Part shown: positions 12,531 to 27,800 of the stretch, piece by piece
Numbering within the stretch: the stretch's first letter is position 1
How the letters are laid out: every line of letters starts with the position of its first letter
Assembly (NCBI GenBank): GCA_020137815.1
Contig: CM035354.1
Span: forward strand, 744,001-808,000
Reading direction: 5' to 3'
DNA length: 64,000 nt
From: Hormiphora californensis
Taxonomy: Eukaryota > Animalia > Ctenophora
The notes under the pieces: model-generated
The model's input: the letters and a program-made list of their open reading frames with translations, nothing else
The model's database searches: none
What the model was told of the DNA's origin: nothing
Position numbers and translations under genes: made by a program

Positions 12531-13205
12531 ATATATACCCTGCTAACTTAAATAATGCGCCAGTGGCGAGAAGTCCCACTAGCGCGCTCTCAGTAAACAG
12601 CCAGTCCAGCGGCAGATTATTTCCCACTGGCAGGTTATTTATTTTTAACTCCTACGTAACATTCAAAGTGTGTGTAAATGATCAGTTCTTACTAAAATAC
12701 AGAGGGAACACTATGTGCAACACTTACATTGGAGAGAAAGAAAGGACACATTCCGTCAATTACTCTCTCTTTATCTCCCCTTTTGTCTCAGTATCTCTTT
12801 CTCTGTATTATTTGTGACATGCCCCTTATCAGGCTATTTCTTTCACTCTCTTTCCTTAGCAACTGCTTAGTAACTGTTACCAAACAGTGTACACTCAATT
12901 GTGACGTGTTTTTAACTATTTCTCAGTTCTCTTTGTGTGTTTTGATTAGTGTTCTCTCTCTTGTTGGTGTGTAATACTTGAAATAAACAACTAAAGCAGG
13001 GTATATAGCCCATAAACTCTGACCACTGGCACGTTATAGGTTTAAACCCCTCCGCCTCTCCCTCGGCTCCGCCTCGGGATCGTCGTCGTGATTTAAACCA
13101 GTTTATCCGCCAGCGGCGGATAAACTCCAGCTAACTTCTCCCAGCGGCGCGCTGGGAGAAAGTTATCTGAAATAACGCGCCAGTGGCCAGAGTTTATGCC
13201 TCATA
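12531..13205. repeat. Composite inverted-repeat element, unclassified
   Basis: tatataccctgct (12531) pairs with agcagggtatata (12996); cataaactctgaccactggcacgttat (13010) pairs with ataacgcgccagtggccagagtttatg (~13172). Confidence 0.5.
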
Positions 13206-13580
13206 TACATAGTCATAAGTCTGATCAGGTATCACGATTAAAATGCTATAACACACACTTAGATAGATATTGGATTAAAAGCAGTCTACTAAACGATATA
13301 CCAGTGATTCTCCGTCATGTTGGCCGCCTGCATAAAGCATCGCCCAAAACTTTGTCCAATGTCCACGACGTCAGTCGTCAAAGACACAGTCCGCTAAAAT
13401 TGAATGCATTTTTGCATGTCTTGGACGCCGTGGAAAACGCTTTGGGCGGCGCTGTGCAGGCGGCCAATATTTTGGAGCACCACTGTAAGCGGCATGCTCT
13501 AATGAGTAATGATAATAGAACTTGGCACATAATGTGTATTAAAAACAATCAAACTTCTGAGACAAGATTCAATGATTAGG

Positions 13581-17325
<3,745 letters not shown>

Positions 17326-17821
17326 TTTACCCCGCCCTCAATCGGGCTGTCCTCACTAGCTCTGTGCCAAGTAGAGCGGAGTTCTGTTGTCACTTTGCCA
17401 ATATTCTAATCATCTGAACTTGGCTAGAAAGAAGGCTTCAGATTAAATTGTCGTCAGCTAATTAGTAAGCTAATTAGGTTATTACCATCTATTGTAGGTT
17501 AGACACTGAACTCACAGGAAAACGAAAGTCATACAGAAGCAAGCAAAATCAACATAAAAAAGGTTTACAAAGGGTTAATTGGTAAGAGTATAAAAAGTGA
17601 TAAGATAATAAATAGAATCAGATCATTTCTTCAGCTATTGTACAAATTCAAAAACACACGCAAAAAGAAAAACTTAATCACACAGAAAGACTAGCTAAAG
17701 TTCATTTTCAAGTTGAATAAATATAAAAAGTTCGTAAAATTATACTTATTAAAACTACATATAAATATTAAAATTATACTTGATAAAACTATTCTTATAA
17801 AACGTTGCATTTGAAAAATCA

Positions 17822-19016
17822 CTATCTAGCCTTCTTTTCTATCAACAAATACCCTGCGAGAAGAAGGGCTCTCCTCGAAGCCTCCTCGATAGCGACATCC
17901 CTTCCCAACTCACTGGCCTCGAAAGTATATCCTTGAATTTTCAGCTCCACAACCCATAATTTATCTGCGACTTGTTTTGCTGAAATATCAGGTTTACCAT
18001 AGCTTCCCGCTAGTTGTGCATAGTAGCACTTCCTCTCTTCAACCTTTTTAACAACTTCCCCACGGTACGACTCCATCATTTCATCAAAGGCACTTGGCTT
18101 GCGGGGACGTTTTGTGACAGGTGGTTCGATTCTCTTTCGTTTTGTGGCAGGTCCAGGTGGTTCCCTTCTCTCTCGTACAGCTCGCTTCTGTCCCTCCTGT
18201 GGTGATAAGGTAATGGTAAAGGTGAAAAGTAGAAAATATGATGAAAAATTGGAAATTACATCTAGTTCTAATTGAAATCTATCTTACGCCTAGTGTCACC
18301 GTTATGCTTGAGTCACGGATAACTTTTCTATCCCTTTCTCTATCCCTTCGAACATCACTTATCCGCTTTCGTATTCTGCTCATATCTTTATGAGATATCT
18401 GAACATTGTGTTATTCGATGTTGTTATTGAGAGAATACAAGGCCAGGTATGTTTGCACGGGGATGACTAAAAAAGTACACTCTGATTGTATCTTATCCGG
18501 CAGATAAATGACTTACATATTTACACTGGAGTAAAACTTCAAGACTCCTGTTTAGAAAGAATGATTTGGTAGCCGACCGATATACCCACGACGGTCCCCT
18601 CTTCCTCAAATCCGTCCCAATTTCATCCTGAAAATAGCTAGATTATAGACGCCAAAATAACATCAAATGACACGACAACTAAGTACATACTGTAAAGAAC
18701 CTTTTTATTTTGGTAATGAAAGTACCCCTCATCGCGAGGGATGACTTCGTAACCATACAACCTTTTATTGCGTGAGAGAATGTGAAGTCACTCTAGTATG
18801 AAACTAATTAAACTGATTAAAAAGCAAACTTACCACTAACCACGTCCCCAAATTGTAATAGTTGTCGGTGAGTACAAAGGGAGGGAGGGCAGAGAGTAGG
18901 TAGGCTCTGAAGGCAGAGTAAACATAACGACTTCCCCATCCTGTCTTGTCAAAGCAGCCTTTGTGTCTCTGACAGGTGTCCCAGAACCGGTCCTCCAGCA
19001 CCTTAACCTGAGCCAT
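17822..19016 (-). CDS. dsRBD-like gene, paralog 1 (4 exons, ~260 aa)
   Basis: Phase-0 exons ~19016-18834, 18627-18517, 18398-18288, 18196-17822 splice into one ORF. Basic/RD-rich linker, C-terminal YGKPDI...LWVVELKIQGYTFEASELGRDVAIEEASRRALL with dsRBD-like pattern. Confidence 0.7.
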
Positions 19017-19286
19017 CCTGGCTGAAAAATATAATCATGTTTAGGGGGATACCAGGATACTGGCTGCAAAATATAATCACGTTTAGGGGGGGGGATAACT
19101 GCAGTTAGGACTTAAGAGGTTGATAAAACAGTTAATTAATGGGTAGTTAATTAGTTAAAACACAGTCAACATCAATCGTATTCAGCGTTCTGACATATAC
19201 TTAATATTCAGCACTCTGACTCCCTCTGTCCATCTCTCTATCTCATATCTATCACTCTGACTCCCTCTGTCCATCTCTCATATCTA

Positions 19287-20470
19287 TCACTCGGGTCCCT
19301 CCTCCTCTGCCTCCTCCTGTTCTTTCATTTTGGCAATTATGTCCCGAGCTGGATTGAAAATACCACCCGTATTTGCCTCACACACAAAACACTTCTTCGT
19401 CTTTTTGAACCTCTTCAAAGCACATGCCTCACAAAAGTAGTGCTTGCATTTTGTGATGACGGGATTTACAAATCTTTCTCGGCAAATAAAACAAGCAAAG
19501 GGTAGATCTTCATCATCAGAATCAGAAATCTCGTAGTTCTCTCCCTCGTTCTTGCCGTACTCCTGATGGGGGAACAACTGTCAGTTGTACACAACAACAC
19601 AAATTACACAAAGATGAAAACAAGATTGACAGAAATTGTTTTATTCTCTCTGGCCAATGAAACAAGCGGATATAGATATGATTGTTACAATTACCTATAT
19701 CGCGTCATTGCGATATGGTCGAAACTTATTGCGAGTGGTTGTGAGTGAACTTCAGCTTCTTACGTTTTGTGCCCACTCCCTCTCCAACTGCCAACCACTT
19801 TTGTAGTCACTCCGATCGTGCATAAACTTGCAGCTGTCACCAAACCCACAAAACCCAGTCTCCTTATAATCTTTACAGACATCTGGTGCATAATCCCATC
19901 TGACAGTGGCTCTGAGATGGTCGGGGCGTCGGATGGGACCTGCCTTCAGTTGTCCACCTCCAGCATTAGCAATGGCACTATCCTTCACCTCTATTAACCT
20001 CTGGTACGCCCCACTACCCTTGTAAAGCTCCTTCTCTCCCTCTCCTGCCTCCTTGCTTAGCTCCAGATTCCTGCGAAATATCGTCGTGGCATCTTCATCC
20101 TTCGTAGTTTCTGTTTCCAGAATTTTCGTGGCACCACCGTCAACTTCAGGCGCGGCTGTTTTCTTAGAGCTAACGGCACTCAACAGTACTTCTCTCTCCT
20201 GAAAGATGGGGGCCGTGTCAATGTCGAACAATATGCAGAATAAAACAGCACAAAATTATAAGTGCTCAAAATATTTGATAGTTTGTCAACATAACCCACT
20301 TCTTTCAGCTTTTTGATGGAGCAAGACGCAGACTTCAAAGGGTTGACTGCCTTGGTGCGGCGTTCCCCCCTGACAACGGCAGACTCATCGTCATCCTCTG
20401 ACCCATCACTGCTGCTTTTCTCACGTTTCCGAACATTCCTCCTCTTTCCTGATTTCTTGAATTCCGCCAT
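19287..20470 (-). CDS. RNF113A: RING finger protein 113A / Cwc24 splicing factor (3 exons)
   Basis: [48 protein letters not shown] finger and LPFACFICR...[15 protein letters not shown]. Exons 20470-20300, 20198-19764, 19562-19287. Confidence 0.97.
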
Positions 20471-21217
20471 ACCGATGATCTAAAGCGATACTTGGTTTAA
20501 AATACTATTCGAACTGTCACTATGCACTATGCAGGTGTATGCCTCTCGTTGCGAGGCGACACGGGAGGGTTATACTTTCTAGATCGTTTGGCATACTGTA
20601 TGTACTTTTTAGCAAGTTTTCCCATTTTCTTCGCCTCTCTCGTCCAAAAAAAAAGTGGGTCCTGGACCCATTGGACCCAGCCTTGCTTCGCCTGCAAATA
20701 CAATACAAATACAAATACAAAATAAACATTTATAGTCCGCTCTTTAACTGTCCGTTTTTCGGTTCAGCACAAGTTCTGCTGTTGGAAGAAGAAAAATTCA
20801 TCATTCCATCCTCTTTCATCCCCAACAGCCCTCGCTCCAAAAGCGGCTAGTTTTACTACAAGATTATGATTTTTCTTATGTTCTGAAAGATGTTTTGTTA
20901 ATATATTTGAAAGGTTGAGAAAATAATTTAGGAGATCCTATCACTGCAGAAAATGCAGTAGTGCACATGATATTCAAGGATCTAAAAGATCCAAAAGAAG
21001 CAAATTGAAGACCGCCCCTATCGGGGATATTGATACTAGGATACCTATACTGAAACCTGTGTGCGAAGTTGCACATAGAATACTTGAAGAAGATGTATCA
21101 TGTAGCATTTCCAATTTCCAGTAATTCAGTTGACCAACTTGGAGTAGTAGAAGCCACTTGCCGACTGCTTTAACACTTACAAGTCCTCACATATCATTCT
21201 ATTTTCTCGCAAGCTCT

Positions 21218-21316
21218 CTTTTTTTTTTTTTTTTTAGAACAACTTTTTTTTTTTTTTTCTTTTTTTTTTTTGGGATGTTTTTTATATTCACACGTTTTTC
21301 TCGCTTTTTTGTTGTT

Positions 21317-21351
<35 letters not shown>

Positions 21352-22462
21352 CTTTTTTTTCCCTTTTGATATCAAATGTTACAAAATAAACAAACCAATC
21401 ATTAGCAGTAAGGGTCAGTTTAGAGGATAGAGGAAAGAGAGGAAAAAGTAAATACTGACCATTCCAGCTTCACTTTGTTCACGCTACACACATTACATAT
21501 ACTCATACACATCACTCTGTCACAATGTCCTTGTTTCATATTGGAAATGGGGCCTTCAACATTTGTAGGCTTTTTTGAAGAAGTGAGTCTTTAGGTTGGC
21601 TTTAAAGGATAGGACAGATGTATTTTCACGTAGAAGTTTCGGCAGGTCGTTCCACACTGCTGGTGCAGCGACACTAAAGGCTCCTTTGCTCGAGCAATAA
21701 CGGGTGTATTTCCTTTCAAGATATGTTATGTCCATATCACGCCGGAGATTCTTCAGCTTGTGCTTCCGACGTTGTACCAGTTCAGAAAGATACGTCGGTG
21801 CTAGACCGTTTAGGGCTTTGTAGGTCAATAAGCATAGCTTGTAGTTAATTCTTTCCTTAACCGGTAGAAAATGAAGCTGTCTTCGAATGTCTGATGTGCT
21901 ATGAAGAGATCGGCGTCCAGTGATGAATCTTGTGGCAGCGTTTTGAACCTTTTGTAACCTCCCGAGGTCTTTAGCAGATGCTCCCGCAAGTAGACTATTG
22001 CAGTAATCAAGCCTACTGTGTACAAGGGTGTTTACTAGCTTCACTTTGAGGTCAATAGTTAGTGTATTCCCTATCTTCCAAAGATTCAGGAGACACAGAT
22101 TGCATGCTCTTACCGTTTTTGAAACGTTTCCAGTTAGTGAAAGCTCCGAATCAAGGAAAACACCAAGGTTTCGCACCAGTGGGGCTGGAACAGATGGATC
22201 TTGGTCGTCTAGCGCTTTTATAGCTTCTGGATTCGCTTCTTTGTCGTGTTTGTTTCTAAGAACGATGAATTCAGTTTTCGAAGGATTTAGTCGAAGAAAG
22301 TTGTCTGCCATCCACACCTTGATATGGTTGAGACATTCCTGAAGTGTCTTTTCCAAGTCAGCCAGTTTGTTGTTGCAACATGTTGGTAAATGAAACATAA
22401 AGCTGCGTATCGTCAGCATACAGCTCTACTAGTAAACCATAGTGCTTAGCAATACTCTCAAG
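21218..22462 (-). mobile_element. 5'-truncated CR1/L2-clade LINE (RT C-terminal half, 3' UTR, A-rich tail)
   Basis: YADDTQLY at ~22420, then a frameshift into WMADNFLRLNPSKTE, VRNLGVFLD, SRLDYCNSLL, LQKVQNAATR, LHFLPV, LKTHFF; long T tracts at 21218-21360. Confidence 0.92.
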
Positions 22463-23507
22463 TTGCACTATACAGTTGCACTATACAGTGTATGCCGCAT
22501 ACACTGTATAGTGCAGGCTTATGTTGCACAATGCTTCAGCCATTTGTCTCAGACACCTGGAGACTGAGGAACATGTAAAACCGCCAGATAAGAACTTCAA
22601 AATATTTAGGGACAACTGATCGCTGAACGCCGTGGCGGGCGCGATTATAATATGGGTGCCTTGCAGCCTGTTATATTTTCAAGACCAACTTTTTTCGAAC
22701 GGCTATAGCCACGCAACCACATGGCCAATTTGAGTAAACTAAACGGTATCTGGTAGAGAATCGATAGCACTAACCGATAACCCCAAACAAAACCCTAACC
22801 CGACCCTAACAAAAGCCCTAACCAGTCTCGACCGCCAAAATCGATTTTTTACACACAGATTTTAAGTTTGCCCCGCCGCGGCGAACGCTTTATTTTGGCC
22901 CGAGCTGCGCGTTTCGGCCTTTATCAAAAAGTGCGCTGCACACCGAAGCGAATTGACCGCGCTAAAAAATTGTTGAGAACGTTTCACTGCCAAACTCAGC
23001 AGATTTCAAATTTTTAAAGCAGCAAACTTCCTCAGATTTTGAAAATTTTAAAGCAGATCTTAAAAATTTTTCGGTTAACGCGACTCTGTAGTCCTTTTTG
23101 CTGCTATTTTAAACGGGTTTTGACACCATTCTATAATCCCCAGTGGGTCGAGTGTTTTATTTAGACATGAGAACGTCCGGCTGGGGTTGTCAACAGTCCA
23201 GAAGGTCCCCCGAAGGTCCCCAGCCCCCTAGATTCTAGAAAAATAACGTCAATTTTTTGCAATTAACGTGTGTTTACAATGTGAAATTCACGTTGGGTGC
23301 AACGATTTCACTTTCGAGAAAATCAATATTGTCATGCAAAACTTATGTGTTAGAACGGTATCAATAATCAATTTCCACGACTGAATCTATCTAGCGGGCG
23401 TATGTGAATCACAGACCCAGGTGTATCGACCTGGCAGGGCCATAATTCACTCCTAACAGGAGTCTGGTTCCCAGTAAACTATCTGAGGGAAGTGTTCATT
23501 GTGTTAA

Positions 23508-24810
23508 GGGTACACCTGGCGTTTTTCATCATCGAGTGCCCAACCAAATGACTTCACCAGGGTTTAGGCCATACAAAATGGACCTCAAATATGCAATTTT
23601 AGCCCTAAAGTCGAATTCATATTTTTGCTACAGCCTATTTTCAAATCGGCGTTTTTTCAATTTTTGTTGAAATTTTTAACCTCAGGACCACTTTTTTTGA
23701 GATAGAAACATTAAATTCTTGGAATTTGAAGAGAATATGAAGGTAAATAAGCCCAAAGAAGGATTTTTGAAATGGAGCTTATTTCTGGCCATGAGAACGG
23801 TTTACTTTTTTGCGTCTTTGACACGCTGGCTGAGAATGTTCCCATGCTTCATTAGAGATGAAAATCTGGAAATAGTTGCCCAAAACGATTATCTATGTGG
23901 CCCAAAAATTTTGGAACTTTCCCGCCAAAGATGTGGTGTACAGGGCTTGTTTTGTGAAACCCGTCTTTTTGAAAAAGAGGGAAATTCCCTGTATCTCAAA
24001 AACGGATGATCGTAGAGACCTGGGACCAAGCTTAATCGATTCAGAAGGTCCGATTTTGGGGGGGTCTTCTGAGAGACATTTTGCTCCTACTCCAACCGTT
24101 TTTGCTGTAATTGCAAAAAACCAATTCTATGAAAAGGGGGAACAACTCTATTCCAGCAGCCTGCTTCGGGATGATTTCCCCCTTACTTGCTGATACCTTT
24201 TTTGCAATTACAGCAAAAACGGTTGGAGTAGGAGTAAAATGTCTCTCAGAAGACCCCCCCAAAATCGGACCTTCTGAATCGATTAAGCTTGGTCCCAGGT
24301 CTCTACGATCATCCGTTTTTGAGATACAGGGAATTTCCCTCTTTTTCAAAAAGACGGGTTTCACAAAACAAGCCCTGTACACCACATCTTTGGCGGGAAA
24401 GTTCCAAAATTTTTGGGCCACATAGATAATCGTTTTGGGCAACTATTTCCAGATTTTCATCTCTAATGAAGCATGGGAACATTCTCAGCCAGCGTGTCAA
24501 AGACGCAAAAAAGTAAACCGTTCTCATGGCCAGAAATAAGCTCCATTTCAAAAATCCTTCTTTGGGCTTATTTACCTTCATATTCTCTTCAAATTCCAAG
24601 AATTTAATGTTTCTATCTCAAAAAAAGTGGTCCTGAGGTTAAAAATTTCAACAAAAATTGAAAAAACGCCGATTTGAAAATAGGCTGTAGCAAAAATATG
24701 AATTCGACTTTAGGGCTAAAATTGCATATTTGAGGTCCATTTTGTATGGCCTAAACCCTGGTGAAGTCATTTGGTTGGGCACTCGATGATGAAAAACGCC
24801 AGGTGTACCC
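23508..24810. mobile_element. Kolobok-type non-autonomous fold-back element (~610-bp arms)
   Basis: TTAA|GGGTACACCTGGC...GCCAGGTGTACCC|TTAA; near-perfect palindrome giving mirror ORFs; purine-purine start favours Kolobok over piggyBac. Confidence 0.85.
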
Positions 24811-24824
24811 TTAATGTTGCAGGA

Positions 24825-27800
24825 ATGAATGTAGGGTACGATGAGTGTCAACACACAGTAGAAGTTTGCACCTCAGAAAAATACAAGCTCCTTTTGGATT
24901 GCTTTGTTTCTGGTTCTTCATCAAAAGAACTCGTGCTCCGAAGTAAGAATTGAGAATTGATGTGGTACGAAGTTATATTTTGTTTGTGTGAAAAATTGTG
25001 TGTAAACCTTCAACCTTAAACTCACCTAACACTCACCCCCATCTGTGGAGTGTAGCCCAAGTTATGATTTGTTCTACAGACACACACTAATTATTAATAT
25101 CTCCAGGTAAATTATCCCGATGCGGTAAATGCAATGAGTCATCAAGGTGGCTCTTTGTTTGTGTTGAATGTGGATATTTTGCGTGTCATTCCTCAACAAG
25201 TAGTCATGTGAATTTACACTATGCTGCCACTAACCACAAGGTCTATATGGACCTTAGCAAAGGTATGTAAAATATGGTGGGACGCTATCTTGTGTGTAAA
25301 AGAAGCAGACGTTACTGGGATATTGTAATCTTGTAATCTTGTAATATTATAACACGGCAGTTTTGGTTTTGCATTGCCACCCCCCCCCTTCTCTGTAACA
25401 ACACTGTTATTCCCCTGATAAGGTCATCTACTGTGTATGAAATGCGAGATGTTTGTGTATTGTGCTGAGTTGGAGCAAGTTAGAATGGGCAGTCAGTCTG
25501 ATAAAACAGGAAGGGTTGCTGCCTTCGAGGAATGGGAACCGAGTATTCCTGAAATACCACTACTTACTCGCAGGTAACTAGAAATACCACTACTAACTCG
25601 CAGGTAAGTGGCTGGCATTAGGTAACTAGAATGGGGCAGGTAACTGGAATGAAGCAGGTAACTGGAATGGATTAGGTTACTAGAATGAATTGGGTTACTA
25701 GAATAGATTAAGTAACTAGAATTGAGTAGGTAACTAGAATCAGTTATGTAACTGTAGTAATCCCAGTAACCATCGCATTGTTTCAGCTCCAAGAGACGTC
25801 GAATAAAGAGCGGCAGTACTGTTGGACTGAGAGGTCTAACTAATCTGGGTAGTACCTGCTTCATGAGCTGTGTCCTACAAAGTCTGTTACATACCCCTGT
25901 ACTGAGGGAATTCTTTTTGTCCGGTATGTGATGCCAGGTTGCTGGGTGACGGGGGGGGGGGGGGTCACGGGCTTATTAGTAAACAAGGGGTGGGGGTAGG
26001 CACATGAAAAGTAACATGATTAGTAACACAATAATTAACACAATTACATAGTAATATTTTATATGTTCTATCATTTCAGAGCAACACCACTGTTCACCCG
26101 AAGAAAGAAAGAACTGCCTTGCTTGTGAGATGGTATGGTTGTTTCAAGTAAGTTTAAGTCTCCCCATACAGGGTGGTCCATTTAATATCCTTGTGTAGCT
26201 CACACTGCGCTCTATGAAGGTTCGGCAGATCAATGGTATCCAAACAAGTCAGGAGATCAGGGAAAAAGATATCAAAAAATGTTACATCTCCCCCTCCTAC
26301 AAAATGTTACATCTCTCCCCCTCCTAGAACCCCATATCTCCCCACAAAATGTTACATCTCTCCCCCTCCTAGAACCCCATCTCTCCCCCTCCTAGAAAAT
26401 GTTACATCTCTCCCCCTCCTACAAAATGTTACATCTCTCCCCCTCCTACAAAATGTTACATCTCTCCCCCTCCTACAAAATGTTACATCTCTCCCCCTCC
26501 TAGAAAATGTTACATCTCTCCCCCTCCTAGAAAATGTTACATCTCTCCCCCTCCTAGAAAATGTTACATCTCTCCCCCTCCTAGAAAATGTTACATCTCT
26601 CCCCCTCCTAGGAGATGTTACATCTCCCCCCTCCTACAAAATGTTACATCTCTCCCCCTCCTACAAAATGTTACATCTCTCCCCCTCCTAGAAAATGTTA
26701 CATCTCTCCCCCTCCTAGAAAATGTTACATCTCTCCCCCTCCTAGGAGATGTTACATCTCCCCCCTCCTACAAAATGTTACATCTCTCCCCCTCCTACAA
26801 AATGTTACATCTCTCCCCTCATACAAAATGTTACATCTCTCCCCCTCCTAGAAAATGTTACATCTCTCCCCCTCCTACAAAATGTTACATCTCCCCCCTC
26901 CTACAAAATGTTACATCTCTCCCCCTCCTACAAAATGTTACATCTCCCCCCTCCTACAAAATGTTACATCTCTCCCCCTCCTAGAAAATGTTACATCTCT
27001 CCCCCTCCTAGAAAATGTTACATCTCTCCCCCTCCTACAAAATGTTACATCTCTCCCCCTCCTACAAAATGTTACATCTCTCCCCCTCCTAGAAAATGTT
27101 ACATCTCTCCCCCTCCTACAAAATGTTACATCTCTCCCCCTCCTAGAAAATGTAACATCTCTCCCCCTCCTAGAAAATGTTACATCTCTCCCCCTCATAC
27201 AAAATGTTACATCTCTCCCCCTCCTAGAAAATGTTACATCTCTCCCCCTCCTAGAAAATGTTACATCTCTCCCCCTCATACAAAATGTTACATCTCTCCC
27301 CCTCCTAGAAAATGTTACATCTCTCCCCCTCCTACAAAATGTTACATCTCTCCCCCTCCTAGAAAATGTTACATCTCTCCCCCTCATACAAAATGTTACA
27401 TCTCCCCCCTCCTACAAAATGTTACATCTCTCCCCCTCCTACAAAATGTTACATCTCCCCCCCCCCCCCAATTGTTACATCTCTCCCCCTCCTCCTAGGA
27501 GATGTTATCTGGGAAAAAGAACCCCATATCTCCCCACAAAATGTTACATCTCGTATGGACGCAGGCTCGTGCACTGGCTGGATACGACCAACAGGACGCA
27601 CACGAATTCTTCATCAACTACCTTGGTAAGTACACTCAGAATATATGGGACACCCTGTATAGGTTTATTTATATATAAGGGAACTGGCCGCTAGTGTGTT
27701 CCCATAAAACTCTGTATTCACTAGATCTCCTAAACCACTCTGTATAAGTAGGTATGTCTAACGTCTAACACTAACACTAACACTCTCTAGATCTCATATA

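Noticed and set aside
22787-22823. Interstitial telomere
   Set aside because: Only a few degenerate CCCTAA units.
23719-24599. Mirror-image ORFs on both strands (also 33080-34229)
   Set aside because: A result of the palindromic arms; no transposase motifs.
23504-24814. piggyBac assignment
   Set aside because: TTAA fits, but ends are GG...CC, whereas piggyBac typically begins CC.
26233-27694. Long extensin-like or repetitive ORFs
   Set aside because: Translations of the 27-bp intronic minisatellite, open in several frames.
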